NCBI GenBank assembly: GCA_965216635.1
Contig: OZ244188.1
Span: forward strand, 32,001-96,000
DNA: 64,000 bases
Reading direction: 5' to 3'
Source: a bacterium
Lineage (GTDB): Bacteria; SAR324; XYD2-FULL-50-16; G965216635
Translations under genes and position numbers: made by a program
Notes under the pieces: model-generated
What the model saw: only the letters and a program-made list of their open reading frames with translations
Databases searched by the model: none
Told to the model about the DNA's origin: nothing
In this document: in pieces, positions 28,730 to 38,644 of the stretch
How positions within the stretch are numbered: position 1 is the stretch's first letter
How the letters are laid out: each line of letters opens with the position of its first letter

Positions 28730-29812
28730 ATGAGAGCCCTCAATTTTTCTCCGGGACCCGCTACTCTCCCAGAACCTGTTTTAAAAAAAATTCAAGAAGA
28801 CATAACAAACTATAAACATAGTAAATTTTGGATAGCGGAGATTTCTCACCGTTCTAAAATATTCACCGAATTGCTAGCGGAATGCAACAAAAAATTGAGA
28901 CGTATTTTAGAAATTCCAGAAGATTACGAAACTTTTTTTTGCCAAGGTGGGGCTACATTACAATACGCCTTAATCCCTCTCAATTTTCTAAGTAAGGGAG
29001 AAAAAGCAGCTTATGCGATTAGTGGACATTGGTCTCGGAGAGCCTACAATTTAGCAGGCGAGAAAAAAAATTTAATCACAATAAACTGCGGTGATTTTTT
29101 TTCTATTAAGAATTTTGCTGTGCCTGATAATATTGTCTATCTACTACTTTGTGAGAATGAGACTATTCATGGTTGTCAATACGAGACTTTACCAGATTTT
29201 CACTCTATTATAAGCGATCAAACTTCTAATATTTTAAGTAAAAAAATAGATTTTAAAAATCAGGCTGTTATCTTTGCTTCTACTCAAAAAAATCTTGGTA
29301 TATCAGGATTGACTTTGATAATTATCAGGAAAGATTTTTTAGAACTTTCAAAAAAGAACGAAGACAAAATGTCCCCCGTGTTGAACTATTATCACCTTTG
29401 CAAAGCCAACTCTATGATTAATACTCCCAATACTTTTGCTATTTACACTGCCAACTTAGTTTTAGATTGGATTATAGAAAAAGGAGGAGTAGATTTTTTT
29501 GAAAAAGAGCGATCAAAAAAATCTACTTTACTATACGATGCGATTGACAGTAGCGGTATCTATGAAAATCTAGTAAAAAAAAAGAATCGTTCTGCAATGA
29601 ATATTACTTTTTCTTGTAAGAATAAAGAGCTAAATCCTCTTTTCTTAGAACAAGCAGAAAAGCAAAATCTACTTTTTTTAAAGGGCCATCGTTCACTAGG
29701 AGGTATGAGGGCTTCCCTTTATAACGCTATGTCTTTAGTCGGAGTCAAATCTTTGATAAATTTTATGAAAAAATTTGAGAACAAGCATCAATATTATTTT
29801 GGCAGGCACTGA
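28730..29812 (+). CDS. serC: Phosphoserine aminotransferase
   Basis: NFSPGPATLP, EISHRS, GGATLQ, NETIHG, QKNLG, NTPNTF, GHRSLGGMRASLYNA. Confidence 0.96.
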   Translation: MRALNFSPGPATLPEPVLKKIQEDITNYKHSKFWIAEISHRSKIFTELLAECNKKLRRILEIPEDYETFFCQGGATLQYALIPLNFLSKGEKAAYAISGHWSRRAYNLAGEKKNLITINCGDFFSIKNFAVPDNIVYLLLCENETIHGCQYETLPDFHSIISDQTSNILSKKIDFKNQAVIFASTQKNLGISGLTLIIIRKDFLELSKKNEDKMSPVLNYYHLCKANSMINTPNTFAIYTANLVLDWIIEKGGVDFFEKERSKKSTLLYDAIDSSGIYENLVKKKNRSAMNITFSCKNKELNPLFLEQAEKQNLLFLKGHRSLGGMRASLYNAMSLVGVKSLINFMKKFENKHQYYFGRH

Positions 29813-29822
29813 AAAATAACTA

Positions 29823-30899
29823 TTAAATCCGATTTTCATTTGTAGGATCAAACAACAAAATTTTAGTAGCATCCAAATATAGTGTTACTTGAGATTTGCG
29901 AATAGAATCGGGAAGACAACGTGCTCTTATTTCGGTTTCGTTCCATTTTGTGAAAACATAGGTATCAGATCCTGTTTTTTCGGTGAGTTCTATAGGACTA
30001 GTAATTTTTATTTTATTTTTGGTTTCTATATTGGTTATGTTTTCTGATCTTATTCCCAAAATAACCTCTTTATTCAAAAAAGATTGAAATTTTATTGGAA
30101 TAGGCAAATTTATTGTTTTGTTTTCTATTTTTAGTGGAAAAATAAGTTGATTAGATTTTTTGGTTAGTTTTCCCTGTATGAGATTGATGGGATGCGAGCC
30201 GATAAATTTGGCAATAAAAATATTTTTAGGAGAAAAATAAACTTCATCAGGAGTGCCAATTTGCACAATACAACCTTCTCGCATAATCGCAATTCTATCA
30301 GCCAAAGTCATAGCTTCTATTTGATCGTGAGTAACATAGACTATATTTTTTTTAACCTGCTGGTGTAGTTTTTTGATTTCCAAACGCATTTCTACACGAA
30401 GTTTTGCATCCAGATTACTTAAAGGTTCATCAAAAAGATACAAAGAAGGGTTACGAGCTATGGCTCTTCCCATAGCGACTCTTTGTTTTTGCCCTCCAGA
30501 AAGTTCAGCTGGTTTTCTATGAAGTAGATCCTCAATTTGCAAAATTTTGCTTACACCTTGAATTTTTTTTTTTATCTCTGTTTTGGAAAATTTTTTCATT
30601 TTTAACCCAAAAGCAATATTGTTATAAACATTCATATTTGGGTAAAGTGCGTAAGATTGAAAAACCATCGCAATATCTCTATCCCTAGAACTCGTATCTG
30701 TAATATCTTTTTGTTGATTGTAGATTTTACCGCTATCTACCGATTCTAAACCTCCAATGGAGTTTAGCAAGGTGGATTTACCACATCCAGAAGCACCTAC
30801 CAAAACCAAAAATTCATTCTGCTTAGAATCAATACAAATATCTTTTAGGATATGATTTTTTCCATAAAATTTATTTAGATTTTCTATTTTTAAACTCAT
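29823..30899 (-). CDS. Sugar ABC transporter ATP-binding subunit (MalK/GtsD-like)
   Basis: GASGCGKST, AMVFQSYALYP, LSGGQKQR, DEPLSNLDAKLR. Confidence 0.96.
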   Translation of the reverse strand: MSLKIENLNKFYGKNHILKDICIDSKQNEFLVLVGASGCGKSTLLNSIGGLESVDSGKIYNQQKDITDTSSRDRDIAMVFQSYALYPNMNVYNNIAFGLKMKKFSKTEIKKKIQGVSKILQIEDLLHRKPAELSGGQKQRVAMGRAIARNPSLYLFDEPLSNLDAKLRVEMRLEIKKLHQQVKKNIVYVTHDQIEAMTLADRIAIMREGCIVQIGTPDEVYFSPKNIFIAKFIGSHPINLIQGKLTKKSNQLIFPLKIENKTINLPIPIKFQSFLNKEVILGIRSENITNIETKNKIKITSPIELTEKTGSDTYVFTKWNETEIRARCLPDSIRKSQVTLYLDATKILLFDPTNENRI

Positions 30900-31090
30900 A
30901 AGTATTTTAGAGACTGCTTAAACTTTAGCATTATAGGAAAGCCAAACAAGGCTTTTTTTTGTAGAAAATCTCATAAGAGACTTTATTTTGCATTAAGCAA
31001 TAAGAGTATTTCAAGTGACAAAAAATTTGAGTAATGCAGTATAGCCCCCAATAGGTAGAACGCCTGATTTAACAGTCTTACCTGTATTGA

Positions 31091-31957
31091 TTAACCTTTC
31101 ACTGTACCTGCAGTGAGCCCTTTAACAAAATATTTTCCTGCCAAAACATAAATTAACAAAGTAGGCAATCCTGCAAAAATAGCCGCTGCCATATCTACAT
31201 TGTATTCTTTCACACCAGTGGAAGTATTGACTAGATTGTTCAAAGCCACAGTGACAGGCTGAATATCTCCAGAAGAAAATATTACTCCAAATAAAAAGTC
31301 ATTCCAAATATTTGTAAATTGCCAAATTAAAGTAACCATTGTAATTGGAAGCGAGACTGGCATAAGAATCCTCCAAAAAATAGTAAAAAAACCAGCACCA
31401 TCCATTTTGGCAGCCTTGATTAAATCTTCTGGAATCGCAATAAAATAATTGCGATAAAACAGAGTTGTAAAAGCTAGTCCATAGACTATATGCACGAAAA
31501 TCACTCCCCAAATGGTATTCGCTAAACCTATTTTTCCTAGCACTTGAGCCATAGGTAAAATAACGATTTGAAAAGGAATAAAACAACCGATGAGAAGCAT
31601 TCCAAAAAAAAACTCACTGTAGCGAAATTTCCACTTAGATAAAACATAGCCATTCAAGGCTCCTATTATAGTGGAAATTAAGACGGGAGGGACGACTATT
31701 TTTACAGAATTCCAAAAATAATTTTTTATACCTTGACATTCCAAACCTGTGCAGGCAGTACTCCAAGCCTTTATCCAAGCCTCTAGATACAGTTGTTTAG
31801 GAAGTGAAATTAAATTACCTGTTCGTATTTCTTCTGAAGTTTTGAGTGAAGTTATTACCATAATAAACAGAGGTAAAATTACGTAAATCATAGCACTAAG
31901 CAAAATGAAATAAACAAACAATCTACTCCAACGAATAGAGCTAAACTTTTGTAGCAT
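31091..31957 (-). CDS. Sugar ABC transporter permease (GtsC-like)
   Basis: EAA-type loop LIKAAKMDGAGFF, WQFTNIWNDFLFG. Confidence 0.95.
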   Translation of the reverse strand: MLQKFSSIRWSRLFVYFILLSAMIYVILPLFIMVITSLKTSEEIRTGNLISLPKQLYLEAWIKAWSTACTGLECQGIKNYFWNSVKIVVPPVLISTIIGALNGYVLSKWKFRYSEFFFGMLLIGCFIPFQIVILPMAQVLGKIGLANTIWGVIFVHIVYGLAFTTLFYRNYFIAIPEDLIKAAKMDGAGFFTIFWRILMPVSLPITMVTLIWQFTNIWNDFLFGVIFSSGDIQPVTVALNNLVNTSTGVKEYNVDMAAAIFAGLPTLLIYVLAGKYFVKGLTAGTVKG

Positions 31958-32864
31958 AATTTTTTTGTCTTAGTTCAGAATAAAGATAAGGCACTAAAAG
32001 CGTCATCACAAATAACAACATAATAATAGCGCTGGAAGCTCCTAATGCTACTCTACCTCTAGTAAAAGTATGAGCGTACATAAAAGTAGCAGGCAAGTCC
32101 GAAGCAAAACCAGGTCCTCCTCTAGTCAAGGCAATTACCAAATCAAAACTTTTTACTGCAATCTGTGAAACAAGAATAATAGATATAAAAAATATTGGTT
32201 TGAGTGCGGGAATAATAATACTCCAATAGATTCTTGGCAATCTCGCTCCATCTATTTGGGCTACTTTGATAATATTATCGTCTATTCCTCGCAGACCTGC
32301 TAAAAAAAGAGCCATTATAAAACCTGAAGACTGCCAAACAGCCGCTATAATCAAAGTATACACAACTCTTTCGGGATTAACCAACCAATCCATTTCAAAA
32401 CTTTCCCATCCTAAATCCTGCATCGTTTTTTGTAATCCTAAACCAGGGTTTAAAATCCAACGCCAAGCAGTTCCAGTTACGATAAAAGATAAAGCCATTG
32501 GATAGAGGTAGATAGAACGCAAAAACCCTTCTATTCTAATTTTTTGATCCAAAAAAATGGCTAACAATAAACCGATAAGCACCGACAAAAAAACAAAGGC
32601 ACTTCCAAAAACTAGCAGATTTTTCATTGCCAACCACCATCTTTCATTGCTAAATAAAAGTTTGTATTGGGCTAAACCCGCAAATTTGGAGACAGGGAGT
32701 AAAGTAGATTTGGTTAAGGAAATCCAGCCAGTCCAAAAAATAAATCCATAAATAAAAATAGTAGCAATAAGAAATGTAGGCGAGACAACTAGTTTAGGTA
32801 AAATATGTTCCCAATTCTTTAGTAACAGAAATCTTTTGGTATTTTTTAAGTAGGTTTTTACCAT
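31941..32864 (-). CDS. Sugar ABC transporter permease (GtsB-like)
   Basis: YLYPMALSFIVTG, WQSSGF.MALFLAGLRG, GGPG. Confidence 0.95.
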   Translation of the reverse strand: MVKTYLKNTKRFLLLKNWEHILPKLVVSPTFLIATIFIYGFIFWTGWISLTKSTLLPVSKFAGLAQYKLLFSNERWWLAMKNLLVFGSAFVFLSVLIGLLLAIFLDQKIRIEGFLRSIYLYPMALSFIVTGTAWRWILNPGLGLQKTMQDLGWESFEMDWLVNPERVVYTLIIAAVWQSSGFIMALFLAGLRGIDDNIIKVAQIDGARLPRIYWSIIIPALKPIFFISIILVSQIAVKSFDLVIALTRGGPGFASDLPATFMYAHTFTRGRVALGASSAIIMLLFVMTLLVPYLYSELRQKNYATKV

Positions 32865-32888
32865 AAACTTAAGGAATGGAATTTAAAA

Positions 32889-32917
32889 TTGACTCTTGTG
32901 GAAGACACAAGAGTCAA
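32889..32917. terminator. Intercistronic hairpin after the binding-protein gene (mRNA stabiliser or partial terminator)
   Basis: TTGACTCTTGTG-GAAGA-CACAAGAGTCAA, perfect 12-bp stem. Confidence 0.75.
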
Positions 32918-32923
32918 AGTTTT

Positions 32924-34189
32924 TTATTTGGCAGATTTTACAGCAGAAGCTAGTGCTTTTGCGGCATCTTTGGAGGACTGTTTTGAATTAAAAAACTTAG
33001 TCACTACATCATAAATCTGTCCTTGCGGCGCTGGAAAAGTGGACATACCATGTGCCATACTTGGCACAAGAGTTCCTTTTTTAGCCGTATTCGCAAAATC
33101 TTTTACAGATTTTTTGGCACAAGCATCAAATTTATCCAAAGGCACTCCAGGGCGAACAGGAATAGAACCTTTATTCAAATTGAAAACTTCTTGAAATTGA
33201 GGTTCCATAATCAAACGAGCAAAAGCTTGCTGTGCTTTTTTATTTTCCGAATTGGACTGTGTGAATAAAATAAAACTATCAATATTAAAGGTATAGTCTT
33301 TACCTGTACCGGGAACAGCCACACAATCATACTCCTTACCTGGTTTTTTTCCAGCAGCTGTAAATTCACCTTTAGCCCAATCACCCATAATCTGCATTCC
33401 AGCCTTACCTTCAATAACCATCGCAGTTGCTAGATTCCAATCTCTACCCGCTGCGTTTTTATCTACATACTTCTGATATTTTCTAAAAGTATCAAAAGCC
33501 TTAACCATTGTCCTGCTACCCAGTGCATTTATATCCAAATCCACAAAAACCTTGTTATAAAACTTCGCTCCACCAACAGCTAGAACAATAGATTCAAAAA
33601 CTGTAGTGTCTTGCCAAGCTTGACCACCGTGAGCAATAGGTAAAAATCCAGCTTTTTGAATTTTATCTGCTGCTTTAAAGAGATCATTCCAAGTTTTAGG
33701 AACCTTCGCTTTTGATTTTTTGAAAACAGCTTTATTAATCCAAAGCCAATTGACGCGATGCACATTCACAGGAACAGCAACATAATTGCCTTTGTATTTC
33801 ATCACATCACTAACTACAGCTGGTAACAATTCATCCCATTTATTCGTTTTGGCTACGCTGTTGATATTTGCCAAACTGCCTGTTTCTCCCCATTCTTGAA
33901 TAGCAGGACCTTTTACTTGAGCCGCTGCTGGAGGTTTTCCAGAAATTACTCTAGTTTTTAGAACAGTTGCCGCATTTTCCCCTGCACCACCAGCTACAGC
34001 AAAGTCTTTCCATTTGTAGCCTTCTTTTTCCAAAAGTATTTTAAGCTCAGCGACAGAACGAGCCTCACCACCAGAAGTCCAGTAGTGTAACACTTCTACT
34101 TCACCTGCTGCAAAAGCAGCTGGAACAGTAACACATAAAAAAGCTAACAAAATAGAAAGCTTTTTTATGAAATTGTATTTTTGTTTCAT
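32924..34189 (-). CDS. Sugar (glucose/mannose-type, GtsA-like) ABC substrate-binding protein
   Basis: Signal peptide, EVLHYWTSGGE, VPVNVHRVNW, MGDWAKGEF, FNLNKGSIP. Confidence 0.93.
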   Translation of the reverse strand: MKQKYNFIKKLSILLAFLCVTVPAAFAAGEVEVLHYWTSGGEARSVAELKILLEKEGYKWKDFAVAGGAGENAATVLKTRVISGKPPAAAQVKGPAIQEWGETGSLANINSVAKTNKWDELLPAVVSDVMKYKGNYVAVPVNVHRVNWLWINKAVFKKSKAKVPKTWNDLFKAADKIQKAGFLPIAHGGQAWQDTTVFESIVLAVGGAKFYNKVFVDLDINALGSRTMVKAFDTFRKYQKYVDKNAAGRDWNLATAMVIEGKAGMQIMGDWAKGEFTAAGKKPGKEYDCVAVPGTGKDYTFNIDSFILFTQSNSENKKAQQAFARLIMEPQFQEVFNLNKGSIPVRPGVPLDKFDACAKKSVKDFANTAKKGTLVPSMAHGMSTFPAPQGQIYDVVTKFFNSKQSSKDAAKALASAVKSAK

Positions 34190-34223
34190 TTTTTTTTATT
34201 GTTGAAATTAAAAATAAGTAATA

Positions 34224-34357
34224 TAGACCTTTGAATTTGCGTTATGTGATGGCTAGCCAAATGGCTAGAACAGGTGCGAATTTATTGCTTAACCCACACC
34301 CTATTCCAAGCAATAAACTTGCTTAGGCTAAACTAGATAAGCAAATCCAAAAGTATA
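34224..34357. mobile_element. Modular MITE copy upstream of the sugar ABC operon
   Basis: TAGACCTTTGAATTTGCG...GCAAATCCAAAAGTATA. Confidence 0.78.
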
Positions 34358-34573
34358 TTACTTTGAAGTAGCTATAGAGAAGGCTATTATAAATGTCAAG
34401 CAAAAATTTTTAAGTATTTGAAAAAAACACAAAATTTTTGTTTTTATGGAGGAGCTACGCTACAATGCCCCCTATAAACATAACCTCCTTCTCAATTTTC
34501 TAAGGGAGAGTTAATGCCCTAATGCAGCAGCTAAACAGAAATACAACAAAAAGCTTGTTGGCTAAACAGAACG

Positions 34574-35056
34574 CTAATTCAGTAGTCTCACGATGGATTT
34601 GTAAATATTAGGAATGCCCCTATGAATTTTTAAAACCGTGCTATGCACAAAATTTTCTAGGTGATTATTTCCAAATACAGAACTTTCTACATCGTCTTCT
34701 AAGTCACTTTTTTCCCCAAAACTAAGTTCATTAAAAAGATAAGATTTTTGTTGAAAATTTCTTTTTAGAAACTTTTGATGCTCTTTTGTCATGCAAATTA
34801 TAATATCTTGTGCTTCAAGTACTTCTTTTGAAACTTTTGTTTGTTGGTGTGAAAAAGGCTGAATTCCTAATTCTGCCAATTTTTCTAGCGTATAACTATA
34901 GGGGGTATCAGGATAGGCTTCTGTGCCAGCGGAAAGAATCTTAAAACGGTTATCTTTTTTTTCTAAAAGAGCTTTCTCTAAAAGTTTTTGTGCACTCAAA
35001 GAGCGAAAAATATTTTGTGTGCAAACAAAAAGAACTTGAATTTTTTGATGGGACAT
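34574..35056 (-). CDS. Low-molecular-weight protein-tyrosine phosphatase / ArsC-fold protein
   Basis: VLFVCTQNIFRS P-loop, SAGT, DIIICMTKEH. Confidence 0.87.
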   Translation of the reverse strand: MSHQKIQVLFVCTQNIFRSLSAQKLLEKALLEKKDNRFKILSAGTEAYPDTPYSYTLEKLAELGIQPFSHQQTKVSKEVLEAQDIIICMTKEHQKFLKRNFQQKSYLFNELSFGEKSDLEDDVESSVFGNNHLENFVHSTVLKIHRGIPNIYKSIVRLLN

Positions 35057-35260
35057 AGTGCAGACATAATATTATCCAAAATCCTCTTATGAGTTTAATT
35101 GCAAAAATCCTCTAAAACGCCTAAGGACTGTTGCATTAGCCATACAAGAGAGACTGTTCCAACCATTTGGCTAGCCTTTCTTTTTTGCCTTATTTAGACA
35201 TAACGCAAGGTTTGTATCGCAGTCCCATTGTTGTGGCACTACAACATTGAAAAAAATATT

Positions 35261-35710
35261 TTATTTTTCAAAAAATATCAAGACTACTATCAACAGTATA
35301 GTATAGCCTGTAACCATTCCAAGGATCCATTGGAGTAAAACATTTTTGCTTTCTACTATTTTCCTCTCAATGTCTTTTATTTTACTCTCCAAGTCACTTT
35401 TGATTTCTGCTATTTTAGCCTCCAAGTCGTTTTTGTTTTCTGCCATTTTACTCTCAATGCCTTTTATTTTTAGCACAAGATTGGTGTGATTTTCCGAAAT
35501 TGTGGATTCCAATCTCCAGATATCTACTTTACTCACTGGAGCAGTAGCATCTAAACCTGTTTTTTTTTCATTGAAGGTTAAAATTTTGGGAATATCTTTT
35601 ACAAATTCTCCGATGGCAAGTTTTGTTTTCTTTTCATCGGCACCTAGCCCGATCAAAAGATCGTAGATTTTAGTAGAAGAGAATTTTTTTGTTTTTGCTG
35701 TTCTTAACAT
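35261..35710 (-). CDS. C-terminally anchored coiled-coil protein (DUF1640/Bdr-like), copy A
   Basis: 11-aa KxDLExKI repeats; LLQWILGMV TM tail. Confidence 0.75.
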   Translation of the reverse strand: MLRTAKTKKFSSTKIYDLLIGLGADEKKTKLAIGEFVKDIPKILTFNEKKTGLDATAPVSKVDIWRLESTISENHTNLVLKIKGIESKMAENKNDLEAKIAEIKSDLESKIKDIERKIVESKNVLLQWILGMVTGYTILLIVVLIFFEK

Positions 35711-35959
35711 TTTATATAAATTAAGGAGGTTTTCAACGATTGCTTTGGCTAAACAGCTAGTTTTGTCCTATTTGCCAAATAGGACAAAACGACAGTCTAT
35801 ATTATTTATTTCTATAATAATAAATCAATCCGTTAAAGTCAAGCAAATAATAAAAAAGCGTCTAAAATTCTGATAGGCTTTTTATAGAAAAAAAGAATTT
35901 TTCAAAAAATGCTCTCTGTATATAAAGAAAAAAAAACGATAAATTTCTTGATATTTTCT

Positions 35960-36350
35960 TTAGCGAAATTTTAAGACGAAGCGGATAAAAAGAGAAACAG
36001 GTGCTTCTACTTCTATCGTTGTTTTTGTAGGCACAGTTACTGGGTCTAGGCGTTCTGTTTCTGTTTGCACTGCACCATATCTTGGAGTTACTGTTCTTTC
36101 TACTAGTATTCTTCTATCCTCTTTAGCAAAAGAACCGCCTAAAAAACTTCCTCTATTATCAAGAAAATAAATTACCTCATTATTTTCTTGCCCACCTAAA
36201 GTACTACCTACCAATGCATAGTCGGTAGCAGAATCCGGCACGTTCGGTAGTGCTACTGAGGTTCTTGTTGATTCTGGTGCTGCATTGGTCTGTTTTATAG
36301 AGAACTTTGTCCCCAACCAGAGCAGTCCCGCTTCTATGGAAAAGTTTTTG
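35960..36350 (-). pseudogene. 5'-truncated variant of OMP copy 4 (second variable region and last strand)
   Basis: Aligns with 37330..37723; no signal peptide; joined out of frame to the phosphatase 5' fragment. Confidence 0.88.
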
Positions 36351-36416
36351 TGCGCTCAAAGAGCGAAAAATATTTTGTGTGCAAACAAAAAGAACTTGAA
36401 TTTTTTGATGGGACAT
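36340..36416 (-). pseudogene. Duplicated 5' fragment of the LMW phosphatase gene
   Basis: MSHQKIQVLFVCTQNIFRSLSAQKL identical to the start of 34574..35056, ending at the junction. Confidence 0.88.
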
Positions 36417-36620
36417 AGTGCAGACATAATATTATCCAAAATCCTCTTGTGAGTTTAATTGCAAAAATCCTCTAAAACGCCTAAGGACTGTTGCATTAGC
36501 CATACAAGAGAGACTGTTCTAACCATTTGGCTAGCCTTTCTTTTTTGCCTTATTTAGACATAACGCAAGGTTTGTATCGCAGTCCCATTATTGTGGCACT
36601 ACAACATTGAAAAAAATATT

Positions 36621-37103
36621 TTATTTTTCAAAAAATCTCAAGACTACTATCAACAGTATAGTATAGCCTGTAACCATTCCAAGGATCCATTGGAGTAAAA
36701 CATTTTTGCTTTCTACTATTTTCCTCTCAATGTCTTTTATTTTACTCTCCAAGTCACTTTTGATTTCCGCTAATTTAGCCTCCAAGTCGTTTTTGCTTTT
36801 TGTTATTTTAGCCTCCAAGTCGTTTTTGTTTTCTACCATTTTACTCTCAATGCCTTTTATTTTTAGCACAAGATTGGTGTGATTTTCCGAAATTGTGGAT
36901 TCCAATCTCCAGATATCTACTTTACTCACTGGAGCAGTAGCATCTAAACCTGTTTTTTTTTCATTGAAGGTTAAAATTTTGGGAATATCTTTTACAAATT
37001 CTCCGATGGCAAGTTCTGTTTTCTTTTCATCGGCACCTAGCCCGATCAAAAGATCGTAGATTTTACTAGAAGAGAATTTTTTCGTTCTTGCTGTTCTTAG
37101 CAT
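36621..37103 (-). CDS. C-terminally anchored coiled-coil protein (DUF1640/Bdr-like), copy B with one extra 11-aa repeat
   Basis: Paralog of 35261..35710 with a 33-bp insertion. Confidence 0.75.
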   Translation of the reverse strand: MLRTARTKKFSSSKIYDLLIGLGADEKKTELAIGEFVKDIPKILTFNEKKTGLDATAPVSKVDIWRLESTISENHTNLVLKIKGIESKMVENKNDLEAKITKSKNDLEAKLAEIKSDLESKIKDIERKIVESKNVLLQWILGMVTGYTILLIVVLRFFEK

Positions 37104-37329
37104 TTTATATAAATTAAGGAGGTTTTCAACGATTGCTTTGGCTAAACAGAATGCAAATTCAAAGGTCTATATTATTTATTTCTATAATAATAAATCAATC
37201 CGCTAAAGTCAAGCAAATAATAAAAAAGCGTCTAAAATTCTGATAGGCTTTTTATAGAAAAAAAGAATTTTTCAAAAAATGCTCTCTGTATATAAAGAAA
37301 AAAAAAAGATAAATTTCTTGATATTTTCT

Positions 37330-38559
37330 TTAGCGAAATTTTAAGACGAAGCGGATAAAAAGAGAAACAGGTGCTTCTACTTCTATCGTTGTTTTTGTAG
37401 GCACAGTTACTGGGTCTAGGGTTTCTCTGTTCGTAGGTTGCACTGCACCATATCTTGGAGTTACTGTTCTTTTTACTTTTATTCTTCTATCCTCTTTAGC
37501 AAAAGAACCGCTTAAATAACTTCCTCTATTATCAAGAAAATAAATTACCTCATTATTTTCTTGCCCACCTAAAGTACTACCTACCAATGCATAGTCGGTA
37601 GCAGAATCCGGCACGTTCGGCAGTGCTACTGAGGTTTTTGTTGGCTCTGGTGCTGCATTGGTCTGTTTTATAGAGAACTTTGTCCCCAACCAGAGCAGTC
37701 CCGCTTCTATGGAAAAGTTTTTGCTAAAATTCCGCTTATAGCCAAAATGAATGGCGGGGGCTATTTTTGAATCCGAGCCCAGCGCAGTCTCTAGCTTGGC
37801 TTGGGCTAAACCAGCTCCTGCATAAAGCCCGTAGGGCAGGAAGTAATCTACTATTACAATTTGACTGTTCAGTTTATCGTCTCCCGCACTCCATTGGTGC
37901 AGGCTCAAAGAAACACGAAACTTTTCAAAGTCGTAGCCTAGTTGCAATCCGTTACCTGCTAAACTGGTATTTTCGCTGTTAACAGAAACAGTACTAGAAG
38001 AATCCACAACTGTTCCTGCTATAGATTGACTAAAAGAAGCTGCAAGCCCTTGGAAGTGGTTGTAACAGGCATCTGCCTTTGTGTTTTTTTCAGCGGTTGC
38101 ATCAGCATTAGAATTTGCGTTGAACTGCTGAGCAAAATAGGTTCCCATACCATCGTAAGTATTATCTTTACAAGAACCCAATACAGCCTTTTTTGCTCTT
38201 TCACTGTCAACCAAACGGTAAACAAAATTCATATCAGTGTCATACCTTTCTACTGCATCGGTGGTGCTCGCAGTGAATGTGACGCTCGTAGAATCCAATG
38301 TTCTGGTGCCAGTTGTTTCTACTTCTATAAGGGTGGTGTTTTCTGTAGTGGTTTTGATTTTAGCACCTAGATAAAAGGGACTAACCCCGATAGACCAACC
38401 TTGCTGTCTTGCTTCTTGGGCTTGCAGATTATTTACTCCCGCAAAAAGTAAAAGCAAGCACGAAAGCGAAGCTAAAATTGCCAGCGTTATTTTGTTTGAT
38501 TTCATAATTTCTTTTGTTTGCATAATTTCTTTTGATTTTATAATTTTTTGAGGTTTCAT
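37330..38559 (-). CDS. Outer-membrane beta-barrel protein, variable family copy 4
   Basis: NLQAQ, GWSIG, GLQLGY...KFRVSL...DYFLPYGLYAGAG...HFGY...IEAG, terminal FIRFVLKFR. Confidence 0.85.
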   Translation of the reverse strand: MKPQKIIKSKEIMQTKEIMKSNKITLAILASLSCLLLLFAGVNNLQAQEARQQGWSIGVSPFYLGAKIKTTTENTTLIEVETTGTRTLDSTSVTFTASTTDAVERYDTDMNFVYRLVDSERAKKAVLGSCKDNTYDGMGTYFAQQFNANSNADATAEKNTKADACYNHFQGLAASFSQSIAGTVVDSSSTVSVNSENTSLAGNGLQLGYDFEKFRVSLSLHQWSAGDDKLNSQIVIVDYFLPYGLYAGAGLAQAKLETALGSDSKIAPAIHFGYKRNFSKNFSIEAGLLWLGTKFSIKQTNAAPEPTKTSVALPNVPDSATDYALVGSTLGGQENNEVIYFLDNRGSYLSGSFAKEDRRIKVKRTVTPRYGAVQPTNRETLDPVTVPTKTTIEVEAPVSLFIRFVLKFR

Positions 38560-38615
38560 AGTCTTTTTAATGGTTAATTTTGGTTATTTAGTTTTATTTT
38601 TATAAAACTTTATAA

Positions 38616-38644
38616 AGGGTAACTAAAAAAATAAAAACAATCAA
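38616..38644 (-). promoter_or_regulatory. Possible sigma70 promoter for OMP copy 4
   Basis: Minus strand TTGATT-17 bp-TACCCT with an A-tract upstream. Confidence 0.4.

Larger units (their letters stand above)
34980..37723. repeat. Direct tandem duplication of about 1.36 kb bounded by 11-bp microhomology
   Basis: AAAAGTTTTTG at 34980, 36340 and 37713; the two units align along their length. Confidence 0.92.

Noticed and set aside
36204..36416. Functional phosphatase-OMP fusion protein
   Set aside because: The junction is out of frame with the OMP and keeps only about 25 phosphatase residues.
35960..37723. Diversity-generating retroelement TR/VR pair
   Set aside because: Several differences are at coding-strand adenines of copy 4, but there are also G/A and C/T changes and an indel. 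The homology extends over a whole 1.36-kb duplication and no reverse transcriptase is in the window.
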